Below are positions 1 through 9,118 of a stretch of 38,677 nt of DNA, piece after piece. The stretch lies in IMG/VR virus record IMGVR_UViG_3300045988_139913; one strand, given 5' to 3'. The notes below the pieces were generated by a model. The model was not told the DNA's origin. It did not search any database and was given only the letters and a program-made list of their open reading frames with translations. The translations under genes and the position numbers were made by a program. Within the stretch, counting starts at the first letter, position 1. Each line of letters starts with the position of its first letter. Source of the DNA: a virus (lineage: Duplodnaviria > Heunggongvirae > Uroviricota > Caudoviricetes).

Positions 1-2
1 CC

Positions 3-350
3 TTCGGGGCGACCGGGTTGTCACATGACCTTGCTGATGAAGACCTGAATCCCGTCACTATCGTCCAGAACTTCACCAATATGTCCGATCCGATGAAAGA
101 GCTGGAAGCAGCGATTGAATCGGGACGCTTTCATCATGACGGCAATCCCATCATGACCTGGTGTATCGGCAATGTGGTCGGCAAAAACATGCCAGGTAAC
201 GATGATTTAGTGAAGCCCGTCAAGGAGCAGGCGGAAAACAAAATCGATGGTGCGGTTGCACTGATTATGACGATCGGTCGGGCAATGCTCAAAGAACCTG
301 ACGATTTCCTCTCATCTCTTGATCCGGACGATGATCTCTTAATTCTATGA
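3..350 (+). CDS. Terminase large subunit, C-terminal part (5' end off-window); belongs to the flanking non-Mu phage
   Basis: Frame open from nt 3 to TGA at 348-350; C-terminal motif [15 protein letters not shown]...[14 protein letters not shown] resembles Terminase_1-family TerL C-termini; sits directly upstream of a portal gene. Confidence 0.5.
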   Translation, partial: FGATGLSHDLADEDLNPVTIVQNFTNMSDPMKELEAAIESGRFHHDGNPIMTWCIGNVVGKNMPGNDDLVKPVKEQAENKIDGAVALIMTIGRAMLKEPDDFLSSLDPDDDLLIL

Positions 351-508
351 AATCACTAATTGCTGATGTTATCGGGCTGGCTGGTTTTGGCCTGCTTACG
401 TGCGGGGTTTACCTGCAGTTTGGTATGGCTCCGGCTCTGATTTTGTCCGGTGCTTTACTGCTGGTGGGCGCACTGGCTATGGCCAGAAGGGGGACGCGTG
501 CTGCTTGA
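347..508 (+). CDS. Small hydrophobic protein (53 aa) between terminase and portal of the flanking phage
   Basis: ATG overlapping the TerL stop (ATGA); predicted product [53 protein letters not shown] is largely one or two TM helices; below the ORF-track size cut-off, read by hand. Confidence 0.3.
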   Translation: MKSLIADVIGLAGFGLLTCGVYLQFGMAPALILSGALLLVGALAMARRGTRAA

Positions 509-1604
509 TGCTCTGTTCAGAAGTAAATCACTGGAGAATCCTTCCACCCCGATAACCGGTGATGCCGTTGATACTGATGGGCTGTTCCGGGCAGACGTTT
601 ATGTCAGTCCTGAGACTGCGATGAAACTGGCTGCGGTGTATTCCTGTATCTATGTCCTGTCTTCCAGCCTTGCCCAGATGCCGTTGCATGTTATGCGCAG
701 GCACAAGGGGAAGGTTGAACCCGCACGCGATCATCCGGCGTTTTATCTGGTTCATGATGAGCCCAATACCTGGCAAACCAGCTACAAATGGCGCGAACTG
801 AAGCAACGTCACATCCTTGGCTGGGGGAATGGGTATACCTGGGTGAAACGTAATCGTCGCGGTGAAGTCATATCCCTGGATTGCTGTATGCCGTGGGAAA
901 CGACGCTGATGAATACTGGTGGCCGATATACCTACGGTTTGTACAACGAATATGGGGCGTTTGCGATCAGTCCGGACGATATGATCCACATCCGTGCGCT
1001 GGGTAATAATCAGAAGATGGGGCTGAGTCCGATTATGCAACATGCCGAAACAATAGGCATGGGGATGAGCGGTCAGAAGTACACAGAAAGCTTCTTCAGC
1101 GGTAATGCCCGTCCGGCGGGGATAGTATCCGTTAAAAGCGGACTCAATAAGGAAAGCTGGGGCTGGCTTAAAGATCAGTGGCAGAAGGCATCGCAGGCGT
1201 TACGCCGCCAGGAAAACAAAACCATGCTGCTGCCAGCCGATCTGGATTACAAGGCACTGACTGTGTCGCCAGTTGACGCTCAGATCATTGACATGATGAA
1301 GCTGAACCGTTCAATGATCGCCGGTATTTTCAATATTCCTGCGCACATGATTAATGACCTCGAAAAAGCCACCTTCTCCAATATTTCTGCGCAGGCGATT
1401 CAGTTTGTCCGCTACACGATGATGCCGTGGGTGACGAACTGGGAGCAGGAGCTTAACCGTCGCTTGTTTACCCGCGCTGAGTTAGCCGCCGGGTATTACG
1501 TCAGGTTCAATCTGACGGGGCTTTTACGCGGAACTCCGCAGGAGCGCGCGCAATTCTATCACTTCGCTATTACCGATGGATGGATGAGCCGTAATGAGGC
1601 CCGC
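498..1604 (+). pseudogene. Portal gene of the flanking phage (HK97-like family), 5' portion, interrupted by the Mu-like insertion
   Basis: ORF-track ORF 450..1607; likely GTG start at 498 preceded by AAGGGGG; C-terminal region ...LLRGTPQERAQFYHFAITDGWMSRNEAR is portal-like; reading frame is cut by the prophage end at 1605, whose TGA supplies the stop. Confidence 0.65.
1600..1604. repeat. Target-site duplication CCCGC (right-end side of prophage)
   Basis: CCCGC immediately outside the prophage terminus; identical 5-mer at 38582..38586. Confidence 0.8.
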
Positions 1605-1700
1605 TGAAGCGGCGCACGAAAAGCGCGAAAGCGTTTCAAATAAAATACGAAAACTCAAAACTTTCGCGCTTCAATTGAGACAGTTGTTTTATGTATGTCA
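1605..1700. other. Prophage right end (attR) with transposase-binding repeats (R1-R3 region)
   Basis: TGAAGCGGCGCACGAAAAGCGCGAAAGCGTTTCAAATAAAATACGAAAAC with repeated CGAAA motifs, as in the Mu right end. Confidence 0.75.
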
Positions 1701-2144
1701 GTTTCGTTTACATTTATACGTCTTAAAAATATTCACATCATCTCGGATATAAAGATTTTTTCCTGATTTATCAACGATAAAATACTTTATAACCGCAGGA
1801 TTTCTAGTCAAAGCATAGAGATAATCAGTCCCTTTAATCTTTTCATCCTTGTCTTGTTCGTCAATTTGGCCTGTTTCTATCTGAGTGTATAGTTCACCTG
1901 TATCAAGGTCTGTCCATGACCCCATATCAACGCCCATATGCATACGAATACCGTGGCAGGTCCAAAAACCAGAGGCAGGGGCTTTATTTGCAACACTCTT
2001 ATCTGGATCTATCCCGGCGGACCTTAAGACTGCATCAGCAGCCACTTCAGGATCAAAATCTTTTTCTTGAGCGTGATTGACTGAGGAGGCGGTTAGTACG
2101 AATAGGCTGATGATGGTACTGATTAGCAATTTTGATTTTTTCAT
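1698..2144 (-). CDS. Secreted/periplasmic protein of unknown function (148 aa); moron between mom and attR
   Basis: N-terminal Sec-type signal peptide MKKSKLLISTIISLFVLTASSVNHA; own GGAG RBS; strongly AT-rich relative to flanking phage DNA; two Cys (C63, C146). Confidence 0.7.
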   Translation of the reverse strand: MKKSKLLISTIISLFVLTASSVNHAQEKDFDPEVAADAVLRSAGIDPDKSVANKAPASGFWTCHGIRMHMGVDMGSWTDLDTGELYTQIETGQIDEQDKDEKIKGTDYLYALTRNPAVIKYFIVDKSGKNLYIRDDVNIFKTYKCKRN

Positions 2145-2188
2145 CTAATATGCTCCGTATGTGAGTAAATACATAAATTTATATGATA

Positions 2189-2926
2189 CTAATCAGAACT
2201 GCTTTTTGGGTATGGCTGAATCCTGAATAGTTTGGTATTTAGCCGCTTTCTTGCTCGCTTGTTCAGGAACCTGATGTAGCGATACTGATTAAATTTGTGC
2301 ACCACGGCACGCTCTTTATTAGCCCGTAAATACATGCCTCGTTGTCCACCGCGCTTAATTGCGTTCATCGTTATCTCGTGATACCACTCACCATCCAGCT
2401 CGTAGAACGTGCTTTCATGGCTGCCAATAAAATCAAAATTTGACGCCTGATACACAACGCCAGCACGTCCGCAGCGTTCGTCTGCAAAAGACTGAACCCA
2501 CTCCACTGACGGATACAGTAACCTTATGGTTTTCAGTGCATAACTGATGGCCCGTGATTCAGAGTTGCGGGGCATGTCGTCGTGTAGCCACATGCGGTTC
2601 AACTCCATATAGCCCCGGTTATCCGTTTCAAGCACGACACGACGACCAGAGTTGGGGTTAAGGGCATATCCCCACTGGAGAACGCCAACCAGATCGCGTC
2701 CGCTGAATACTCCCAAGTGGAGGTAAGAGTTATTCACAAAACGGCGGGAATAGTGCTTTGTCTGAATAATTGTGCGGGCCAGCCAGCAGGATATGGTTTC
2801 AACGCGCAGCTCCTTTGAACCATAGCCAACAATCTGGCTTTCATACTCAATAACGCACGGTTTCGTCAGAATGCGTGATTTCTTCTCTTTTCCCACAATG
2901 TTTCTCCGTGGGATGCTCGCAGGCAT
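2189..2926 (-). CDS. mom: Mom DNA-modification protein
   Basis: Overlaps the 3' end of com as in Mu; last gene before the right end region; true start uncertain (ORF-track start is the longest possible). Confidence 0.8.
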   Translation of the reverse strand: MPASIPRRNIVGKEKKSRILTKPCVIEYESQIVGYGSKELRVETISCWLARTIIQTKHYSRRFVNNSYLHLGVFSGRDLVGVLQWGYALNPNSGRRVVLETDNRGYMELNRMWLHDDMPRNSESRAISYALKTIRLLYPSVEWVQSFADERCGRAGVVYQASNFDFIGSHESTFYELDGEWYHEITMNAIKRGGQRGMYLRANKERAVVHKFNQYRYIRFLNKRARKRLNTKLFRIQPYPKSSSD

Positions 2927-3035
2927 TCAGCATTATGATATGACGTTTGCAACGCGGACACCTGATTTCAATGTGATCAAAGGAATCCGCCTTAAATAAC
3001 AGTTTGTTGCAGTTTTTACAGCGAATTGATTTCAT
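2847..3035 (-). CDS. com: Com, zinc-finger translational activator of mom
   Basis: 62 aa, [34 protein letters not shown]... with CxxC...CxxC; AGGAGG RBS; matches Mu Com as I recall it. Confidence 0.9.
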   Translation of the reverse strand: MKSIRCKNCNKLLFKADSFDHIEIRCPRCKRHIIMLNACEHPTEKHCGKREEITHSDETVRY

Positions 3036-3093
3036 CTCACCTCCTTTGCATCAATTCGCCACTATCTTAAAAAACATCGTGGGTTGAGTGTGG

Positions 3094-3150
3094 TTATTGG
3101 GGCATAATCGATCTGTATTGCCGATCGATTTGATTGATTCGATCGTCGTT
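3094..3150 (-). promoter_or_regulatory. Pmom control region: dyad TTATTGGGGCATAA (candidate C-activator site) plus three clustered GATC (Dam) sites
   Basis: TTAT-N6-ATAA dyad at ~3094-3107 about 60 bp upstream of com ATG; GATC at ~3110, 3123, 3141; matches the known Dam/OxyR/C-regulated architecture of Mu Pmom. Confidence 0.6.
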
Positions 3151-3711
3151 TTCTATATGCGTTCGTTTCGCGGGGTGTTTTTTATACAGAGTTGACAGAG
3201 CCACATCATAGATCAATGCAACCTGCTTGCGGGGGATTCCTTGTGCTAATAAACGCCCGGCCTGCTCCCATTCCGCTTTGGTTAGTTTAGGTGGTCGCCC
3301 ACCAATACGGCCTTTATTTCTGGCGGCAGCAAGTCCAGCCATCGTTCGCTCGATGATTAGTTCTCGTTCCATTTCAGCCAGGGCACCCATAACGTGGAAG
3401 AAAAAACGCCCCATTGGAGAAGATGTGTCTATGCTGTCGGTAAGACTGCGAAAATTAATCCCTCGCTCCCGTAGTTCCCCGACGAGGGAAATCAGATGTT
3501 TCATGCTTCGCCCGAGGCGATCCAGTTTCCAGACAACCAGTGTGTCACCTTTTTGAAGGCGCTTTAACGCGCGTTTTAATCCAGGTCTGTCTGTCCTTGT
3601 TCCGCTTAATTTATCTTCAAATATTTGTTCACATCCTGCACAAACAAGAGCGTTTCGTTGCAGGTCTGTATTCTGGTCATTTGTTGATACCCTTACATAG
3701 CCAATCAGCAC
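3094..3711 (-). CDS. gin: Gin serine DNA invertase
   Basis: N-terminus MLIGYVRVSTNDQNTDLQRNAL typical of Gin/Hin/Cin/Pin resolvase-invertase family; adjacent to gix site. Confidence 0.95.
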   Translation of the reverse strand: MLIGYVRVSTNDQNTDLQRNALVCAGCEQIFEDKLSGTRTDRPGLKRALKRLQKGDTLVVWKLDRLGRSMKHLISLVGELRERGINFRSLTDSIDTSSPMGRFFFHVMGALAEMERELIIERTMAGLAAARNKGRIGGRPPKLTKAEWEQAGRLLAQGIPRKQVALIYDVALSTLYKKHPAKRTHIENDDRINQIDRQYRSIMPQ

Positions 3712-3765
3712 TCTGGATCTCCCGTTTAAAAGCGCAAATCATGCCATGCAGGCCGGAAACAACCA

Positions 3766-3799
3766 TTATCTAAAACCTCGGTTTACAGGAAACGGTAAA
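3766..3799. repeat. gix recombination site (gin-proximal inverted repeat of G segment)
   Basis: TTATCTAAAACCTCGGTTTACAGGAAACGGTAAA; inverted copy at ~6535..6569. Confidence 0.85.
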
Positions 3800-4736
3800 T
3801 CAGGCTTCTGGCTCATTACAGAAAAACCAGAACGGCGCAGATATTCCGGGAAAAGATACCTTCACCAAAAATATTGGTGCCTGCCGCGCATATAGCTCAT
3901 GGCTGAATATTGGTGGCGATAGTCAGGTCTGGACAACCGCGCAATTTATTTCGTGGCTGGAGAGTCAGGGAGCATTTAACCATCCTTACTGGATGTGCAA
4001 AGGCTCATGGGCTTATGCAAATAATAAGATCATTACAGATACAGGTTGCGGAAATATTTGTCTTGCAGGTGCTGTGGTGGAAGTTATTGGCACTCGCGGC
4101 GCAATGACCATACGCGTTACTACGCCGAGCACGTCCAGCGGTGGCGGAATTACTAACGCTCAATTCACCTATATTAATCATGGTGATGCTTATGCTCCTG
4201 GCTGGCGACGAGACTACAACACGAAAAACCAGCAGCCTGCATTTGCTTTAGGGCAAACAGGAAGCACTGTCGGAAATGATAAAGCTGTTGGCTGGAACTG
4301 GAACAGCGGGGTTTATTGCGCCAGCATCACCGGCGCATCAACATTAATTCTTCATTTCAATATGAATACGGGTAGTTGTCCAGCAGTACAGTTCCGCGTG
4401 AATTATAAGAACGGCGGTATCTTTTATCGTTCAGCCCGTGATGGTTATGGTTTTGAAGCCGACTGGTCCGAATTTTACACCACCACCAGAAAACCTTCAG
4501 CAGGAGATGTTGGTGCATATACTAAAGCGGAATGTAATTCACGATTTATTACAGGTGTCCGTTTAGGAGGACTGTCATCTGTTCAAACATGGAATGGGCC
4601 TGGTTGGTCTGATAAGTCAGGTTATGTCGTTACAGGTTCAGTTAACGGAAACCGTGACGAATTAATTGATACAACTCAGGCAAGGCCAATTCAGTATTGC
4701 ATTAATGGGACGTGGTATAACGCGGGGAGTATTTAA
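3774..4736 (+). CDS. Sv' alternative tail-fibre variable segment (no own start; expressed only after G inversion as Sc-Sv' fusion)
   Basis: Frame open from the gix core (NLGLQETV, identical to the Sc/Sv junction in S) to stop at 4736; ORF track only reports it from an internal ATG at 3993. Confidence 0.75.
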   Translation, partial: NLGLQETVNQASGSLQKNQNGADIPGKDTFTKNIGACRAYSSWLNIGGDSQVWTTAQFISWLESQGAFNHPYWMCKGSWAYANNKIITDTGCGNICLAGAVVEVIGTRGAMTIRVTTPSTSSGGGITNAQFTYINHGDAYAPGWRRDYNTKNQQPAFALGQTGSTVGNDKAVGWNWNSGVYCASITGASTLILHFNMNTGSCPAVQFRVNYKNGGIFYRSARDGYGFEADWSEFYTTTRKPSAGDVGAYTKAECNSRFITGVRLGGLSSVQTWNGPGWSDKSGYVVTGSVNGNRDELIDTTQARPIQYCINGTWYNAGSI

Positions 4737-4738
4737 CG

Positions 4739-5272
4739 ATGATGCACTTAAAAAACATTACTGCTGGCAATCCTAAAACAAAAGAGCAATATCAGCTAAC
4801 AAAGCAATTTAACATCAAATGGCTTTATACAGAGGATGGAAAAAACTGGTATGAGGAACAAAAGAATTTCCAGTCTGATACGTTGAAAATGGTCTATGAC
4901 CATAACGGCGTTATTATTTGTATTGAAAAGGATGTTTCAGCAATTAATCCAGAAGGCGCAAGCGTCGTTGAATTACCTGATATTACAGCAAATCGCCGGG
5001 CTGATATTTCGGGTAAATGGATGTTCAAAGATGGTGCGGTGATAAAGCGAACTTATACCGGGGAAGAGCAGAGGCAGCAGGCAGAGAATGAAAAACAAAG
5101 CCTGTTGCAACTTGTCAGGGATAAAACCCAGCTATGGGACTCACAGCTACGGCTGGGCATCATTTCCGATGAGAATAAACAGAAATTAACCGAGTGGATG
5201 CTCTATGCGCAGAAAGTCGAATCCACAGACACCTCCAGCCTGCCGGTAACATTCCCCGAACAACCAGAATGA
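4739..5272 (+). CDS. U' tail-fibre assembly protein (alternate orientation set)
   Basis: 177 aa immediately after Sv'; tail-fibre assembly (Tfa)-like; convergent with U. Confidence 0.75.
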   Translation: MMHLKNITAGNPKTKEQYQLTKQFNIKWLYTEDGKNWYEEQKNFQSDTLKMVYDHNGVIICIEKDVSAINPEGASVVELPDITANRRADISGKWMFKDGAVIKRTYTGEEQRQQAENEKQSLLQLVRDKTQLWDSQLRLGIISDENKQKLTEWMLYAQKVESTDTSSLPVTFPEQPE

Positions 5273-5398
5273 GAAAGGCCCGTTATCGGGCCTTAATTTT
5301 ACTCAGGCTTTTGTGGCCATCCAGGCTTTTCCATATCCACATGACTGCGGAAAGCAAGGAAATACAAAATAACAAAAATGATAATAATTGTGCTGGTA

Positions 5399-5884
5399 TT
5401 ATAGCGTCGTTTTCACATCCTCTGCGCTGCTCTCTTTGCCGCTTTGTTCGTCTGGAACAGCGGGCCACTCAATATCCGTCGCGGTTGATGTATCAATACG
5501 CATAAGCAGCACACGATATTTTTTCCATTCAGCCAGTACAGTGATTTCTGCTTCTGTCGCCATCCCTGCGTCAACAGCATCCTGCCGCCAGGCAATTTCT
5601 GTGTTCGCAATCTCGGCTAAATCCTTTTTCTTCTGCTCTTTTAATGCGATTAACTGCTCTGTTGTTGGTTCTGATACATCAATCCATGTAGGGAAACCAG
5701 ATTCATCACGGCCTCTCTTTTTTCCCTCTGGCGGTCTTCCCGTAAACTCTTCATACATATCGTTTGTGACTGCCACCAAATCGTCAGGCCATGCGCCTGA
5801 TTTTTCATAGTCCGGTTTCATGGATTCAAAGAAAAACGTATTATTCCTGGCACTATAGAATATTTTACTGGACATGATTAACAC
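5399..5884 (-). CDS. U: U tail-fibre assembly protein (currently expressed set)
   Basis: 161 aa directly downstream of S, Tfa-like. Confidence 0.75.
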   Translation of the reverse strand: MLIMSSKIFYSARNNTFFFESMKPDYEKSGAWPDDLVAVTNDMYEEFTGRPPEGKKRGRDESGFPTWIDVSEPTTEQLIALKEQKKKDLAEIANTEIAWRQDAVDAGMATEAEITVLAEWKKYRVLLMRIDTSTATDIEWPAVPDEQSGKESSAEDVKTTL

Positions 5885-7065
5885 CCCACACCAATACAGA
5901 AGAATGGTTTAGAAACAGCAACCCCAGACCTTTCCATTAACGTGACCTGCATATCGCGATCATTTAATCTTTTAACACCCGCAATTGCACTTGCTATCGA
6001 GTCACCAGCAACGTTACAGGCTAACAAACCAAAGCAACGAACAGGCCAACCAACAGGAAACGGGGCAGATGCCCAGCCACTGGCATCAGTATTTCCCCAA
6101 CACCATTGAAAAATGATGCCATTTGGAAAACGTACCCAGCCAGCATCGGCCATCGCCTGGGTAAAATCACTGTTTTTTGTATACCCCTGAATGCTCCATC
6201 CATTCTGGGGAATTAACTGCCTGATATTTCCATCCAAAGTAAATGCAACCTTGCGGCGGTCAGAAATATTGCCTGCCGGAGACAATGCAACATCTATGTA
6301 GTTCGCGCCATTTTCCATTATTCCGCAAATGAGCGATGACATAATCGCTCCGCCAAATGAGAAATCGACTCCATTTGCACTTCCTGCAACCGTGCTCTTG
6401 TTTCTGATGTGAATACCAGAAAAGCCATTATCTTTTTCAATAAGTAATTCATTCCCAATTAACGAGAGAATGCCCTTGATAATCACATCACCGTTAACCA
6501 CCCCGCCATATGTTGATAACGCTTCCGAAGCTAATTTTACAGTTTCCTGTAAACCGAGGTTTTGGATAAACAGCGGCTTATTGGGAATATCTGCTCCGTT
6601 CCGGTCTTTTGCCAGACGGGCATTGGCATTATCCATCGCAATTTTCACCGCTTTTGCGGTGGCTGCCAGCGTTTCACTGGGGCTGTCAGTGGCACTGGTT
6701 AGCTGAACGAGTCCTTTTTTGTTCAGGCTGGCATCCCAGATATCCAGATTTTCACGTGCTGTACGCTGTGCTGATGCCCCGGCAGTTTTAATTTCGCTGA
6801 GGTTATTTTTTATCAGCAGCGCGTTATTGCTCATAATGGCTTTAATGGACAGTGCAAGCTGGTTTAATTTTGTTTTATCCGGTTGAATACCGGCTTCTTC
6901 CAGCGTGTTTAATAACTCCGCCTGCACAATATTAAACCAGTCCATGCCGGGCCATGTGATAACATTATTCCCGTCACCTTCTGAAAACCAGCGAACGATA
7001 GCACTACGCTGGGCGGATACGGGCGGCATGACGGTTACGCCGCTGTCGTTATCAATATAAAACAT
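5878..7065 (-). CDS. S: S tail fibre (Sc constant part ~6538..7065 fused to Sv variable part inside G)
   Basis: 395 aa; spans the gix site at ~6538-6561 (NLGLQETV); start overlaps stop of upstream gene (TAATG). Confidence 0.85.
   Translation of the reverse strand: MFYIDNDSGVTVMPPVSAQRSAIVRWFSEGDGNNVITWPGMDWFNIVQAELLNTLEEAGIQPDKTKLNQLALSIKAIMSNNALLIKNNLSEIKTAGASAQRTARENLDIWDASLNKKGLVQLTSATDSPSETLAATAKAVKIAMDNANARLAKDRNGADIPNKPLFIQNLGLQETVKLASEALSTYGGVVNGDVIIKGILSLIGNELLIEKDNGFSGIHIRNKSTVAGSANGVDFSFGGAIMSSLICGIMENGANYIDVALSPAGNISDRRKVAFTLDGNIRQLIPQNGWSIQGYTKNSDFTQAMADAGWVRFPNGIIFQWCWGNTDASGWASAPFPVGWPVRCFGLLACNVAGDSIASAIAGVKRLNDRDMQVTLMERSGVAVSKPFFCIGVGC
6535..6569. repeat. gix recombination site inside S (Sc/Sv junction)
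   Basis: TTTCCTGTAAACCGAGGTTTTGGATAA, inverted repeat of the site at 3766..3799. Confidence 0.85.
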
Positions 7066-7607
7066 TAGTTATCTCCGTCATGGTAAACAAATTTATAAAT
7101 CTGATGTGCGGGTTTATATTTCTCCAGTAAACATTCCAGCGCACCCGATTCATAAACACGTAACGGCGTCAGAACATTATCCAGCACCGTTGCGTTGCGA
7201 TAATTTTTAATACCGTAAATATTGACCTGCGTAACCCACTGGCCTTCTGTGGAATCCGTCAGCCTGACGGTAAAACCGTACTGCGCAGCCAGCCATTCAT
7301 AAAAGCGCCGACTCAGATTGCCGGTCATACGCATTTTATTCGCGGCAGCCCGCTGGCGTTCGGACAGGGTGCCGTTTTCGCTGGTACAGTCCGGCAACCC
7401 CAGAAATGATTCCCACTCCCCCAGATACCAGCGGGATGTGGACGGGAAACGCTCCCGCAGCATTTGCCGCGCATCATCCGCCGCAGTGGCAATCACGTCG
7501 CTGATGGCCTGCGCCAGCGCAGATAATTTGCTGTCGGGGCTTTTATTCCAGGCAAGCCCTGACGGCAGTAATTGCAGAAAGGCCGTCTGATAGGGTGTTA
7601 CAGCCAT
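7065..7607 (-). CDS. Tail protein (Mu gp48-like)
   Basis: 180 aa between baseplate R and fibre S, Mu gene order. Confidence 0.7.
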   Translation of the reverse strand: MAVTPYQTAFLQLLPSGLAWNKSPDSKLSALAQAISDVIATAADDARQMLRERFPSTSRWYLGEWESFLGLPDCTSENGTLSERQRAAANKMRMTGNLSRRFYEWLAAQYGFTVRLTDSTEGQWVTQVNIYGIKNYRNATVLDNVLTPLRVYESGALECLLEKYKPAHQIYKFVYHDGDN

Positions 7608-8680
7608 TCAATTGTCCCCGGTGTTAACAGTTCCGTATTCTCCGAACGCTGGATCTCTGTCGGGAAACGCACTTCAAAATCATCCAGACCGGTAACACCT
7701 GCCACCGCACGGATAATACGGGAGGGGGCAAGTGCGCCGCCCGGCGTCACCTCATTAAAAAACATGGTATTAATGGCGTGAGTAATAGCCTGTTTCAGTT
7801 CGGCTGTCTTCGGTGATATATAAATCCGTGGATTTACCGGCTTTGCCTTTGGCGCAAATACCGTGACATTTACACCATCAGGCTGCCCGACAATCAGGCC
7901 GGTTATCGGGTCAGTATGACCGGCGATATAATCCGCCACACGTTCCACATCTGCCGGTTGTGGAAAAATATTGATCCGGTTATCCATAACAAACGTCACC
8001 CCGACTGTGCCACCGCCTTTCCATGTCGGAAAACACCAGGCACGGGTAACGCCGCTGACTTCACGTGCCCAGCGGACGTAATCAAACTGATTACCGCCGA
8101 ACGGAGGATACTGGACACGATATTCCAGCCGTGACAGCAGCTCCGCTGCACTCTCAATATCTGCCCCACCGGAAAACCCTTTTACAGTGATGGCATCGGA
8201 AACAACACAGGCAACCGGGGTGATCAACGTTAAAAGGGTATTCTCACCGGTATTTCCTGCTTCACCGGCAGCCAGTGCGGTAACGGTAATTTCCGTCGTT
8301 CCTGCACGGTCAATCACAATGGCATCAGCCAGGCTGTAAACCACACCATCAGCACGCTGCCAGCGTGTACCGGCAGGAATGGTGGTCGCTGCCGATGTGG
8401 TGACAGTCAGCGGGCCGCTGGCGGCTGTCGCCTGTTTGCGGCGCACGCCCCAGAACCGGCAGTGCTCCAGCAACTCATCTTCATCTGCTGTCGACGGGAT
8501 AATCTGCCGTCCAACCCATGAAATATGCTCGTGACAACCGGCAGCAAGGCCTGCCTGAGCATAAGCAATGGCACTCAGCGTTTTTTCACGGGCCTGAGGC
8601 CAGCTACCCGGCAGGCGCTGTTCAATATTCTGTTCTGTACGGGCAATCAGCGATGATAATGTCGGTGGTGAATAAGCCAT
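7598..8680 (-). CDS. R: Baseplate J-like protein
   Basis: 360 aa; position and size as Mu gp47. Confidence 0.75.
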   Translation of the reverse strand: MAYSPPTLSSLIARTEQNIEQRLPGSWPQAREKTLSAIAYAQAGLAAGCHEHISWVGRQIIPSTADEDELLEHCRFWGVRRKQATAASGPLTVTTSAATTIPAGTRWQRADGVVYSLADAIVIDRAGTTEITVTALAAGEAGNTGENTLLTLITPVACVVSDAITVKGFSGGADIESAAELLSRLEYRVQYPPFGGNQFDYVRWAREVSGVTRAWCFPTWKGGGTVGVTFVMDNRINIFPQPADVERVADYIAGHTDPITGLIVGQPDGVNVTVFAPKAKPVNPRIYISPKTAELKQAITHAINTMFFNEVTPGGALAPSRIIRAVAGVTGLDDFEVRFPTEIQRSENTELLTPGTIEWL

Positions 8681-9118
8681 TTAAACCCCGTTAAATGCTG
8701 CTTTAAACTCATAAGGAATAACGGAACCATCCGGTAATGTCAGTGCAATGTAGAGGTATAACCAGCCCTGATGTAACTGTTCCACTCTGACGTTAATCGC
8801 ACTTACCCGGCCCGCTGTTTTCAGCCATTCCAGCGCCTCTTCGGCATACCCTCTGGCGCGTTCCAGCGTATCCGGTGTGGCTTTTTCACGTGATAACAGC
8901 CACAACCGCGAACCGATGGGGCGGTCGCGGTAACTGTCACCCCACCATCCACGGCGATCATCTGAACCATCCGGCAGCGTGTCAGAATCCAGCGCGCGCC
9001 GGTCGGTAAACAGGGAGATTGTCACATCGGTTGTCAGGCTGTCGTCGGTCAGCATATCAATGCCATCCTGTGCAATATCGCCGCGTCCGTTCGTCCAGAT
9101 AATGGCTAAATCGGTCAT
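8681..9118 (-). CDS. W: Baseplate protein (GPW/gp25-like)
   Basis: 145 aa; Mu order V-W-R. Confidence 0.75.
   Translation of the reverse strand: MTDLAIIWTNGRGDIAQDGIDMLTDDSLTTDVTISLFTDRRALDSDTLPDGSDDRRGWWGDSYRDRPIGSRLWLLSREKATPDTLERARGYAEEALEWLKTAGRVSAINVRVEQLHQGWLYLYIALTLPDGSVIPYEFKAAFNGV

Larger units (their letters stand above)
3766..6569. other. Invertible G segment (~2.8 kb) carrying two alternative tail-fibre C-terminal/assembly gene sets
   Basis: Bounded by inverted gix repeats; contains convergent Sv-U (minus) and Sv'-U' (plus); Gin gene adjacent. Confidence 0.85.

Noticed and set aside
450-1607. ORF-track start of the flanking portal gene at 450
   Set aside because: Start shown as M is a TTG that overlaps the preceding small ORF; a GTG at 498 with an AAGGGGG RBS is more plausible. 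The stop at 1605-1607 is created by the inserted Mu terminus, not native.
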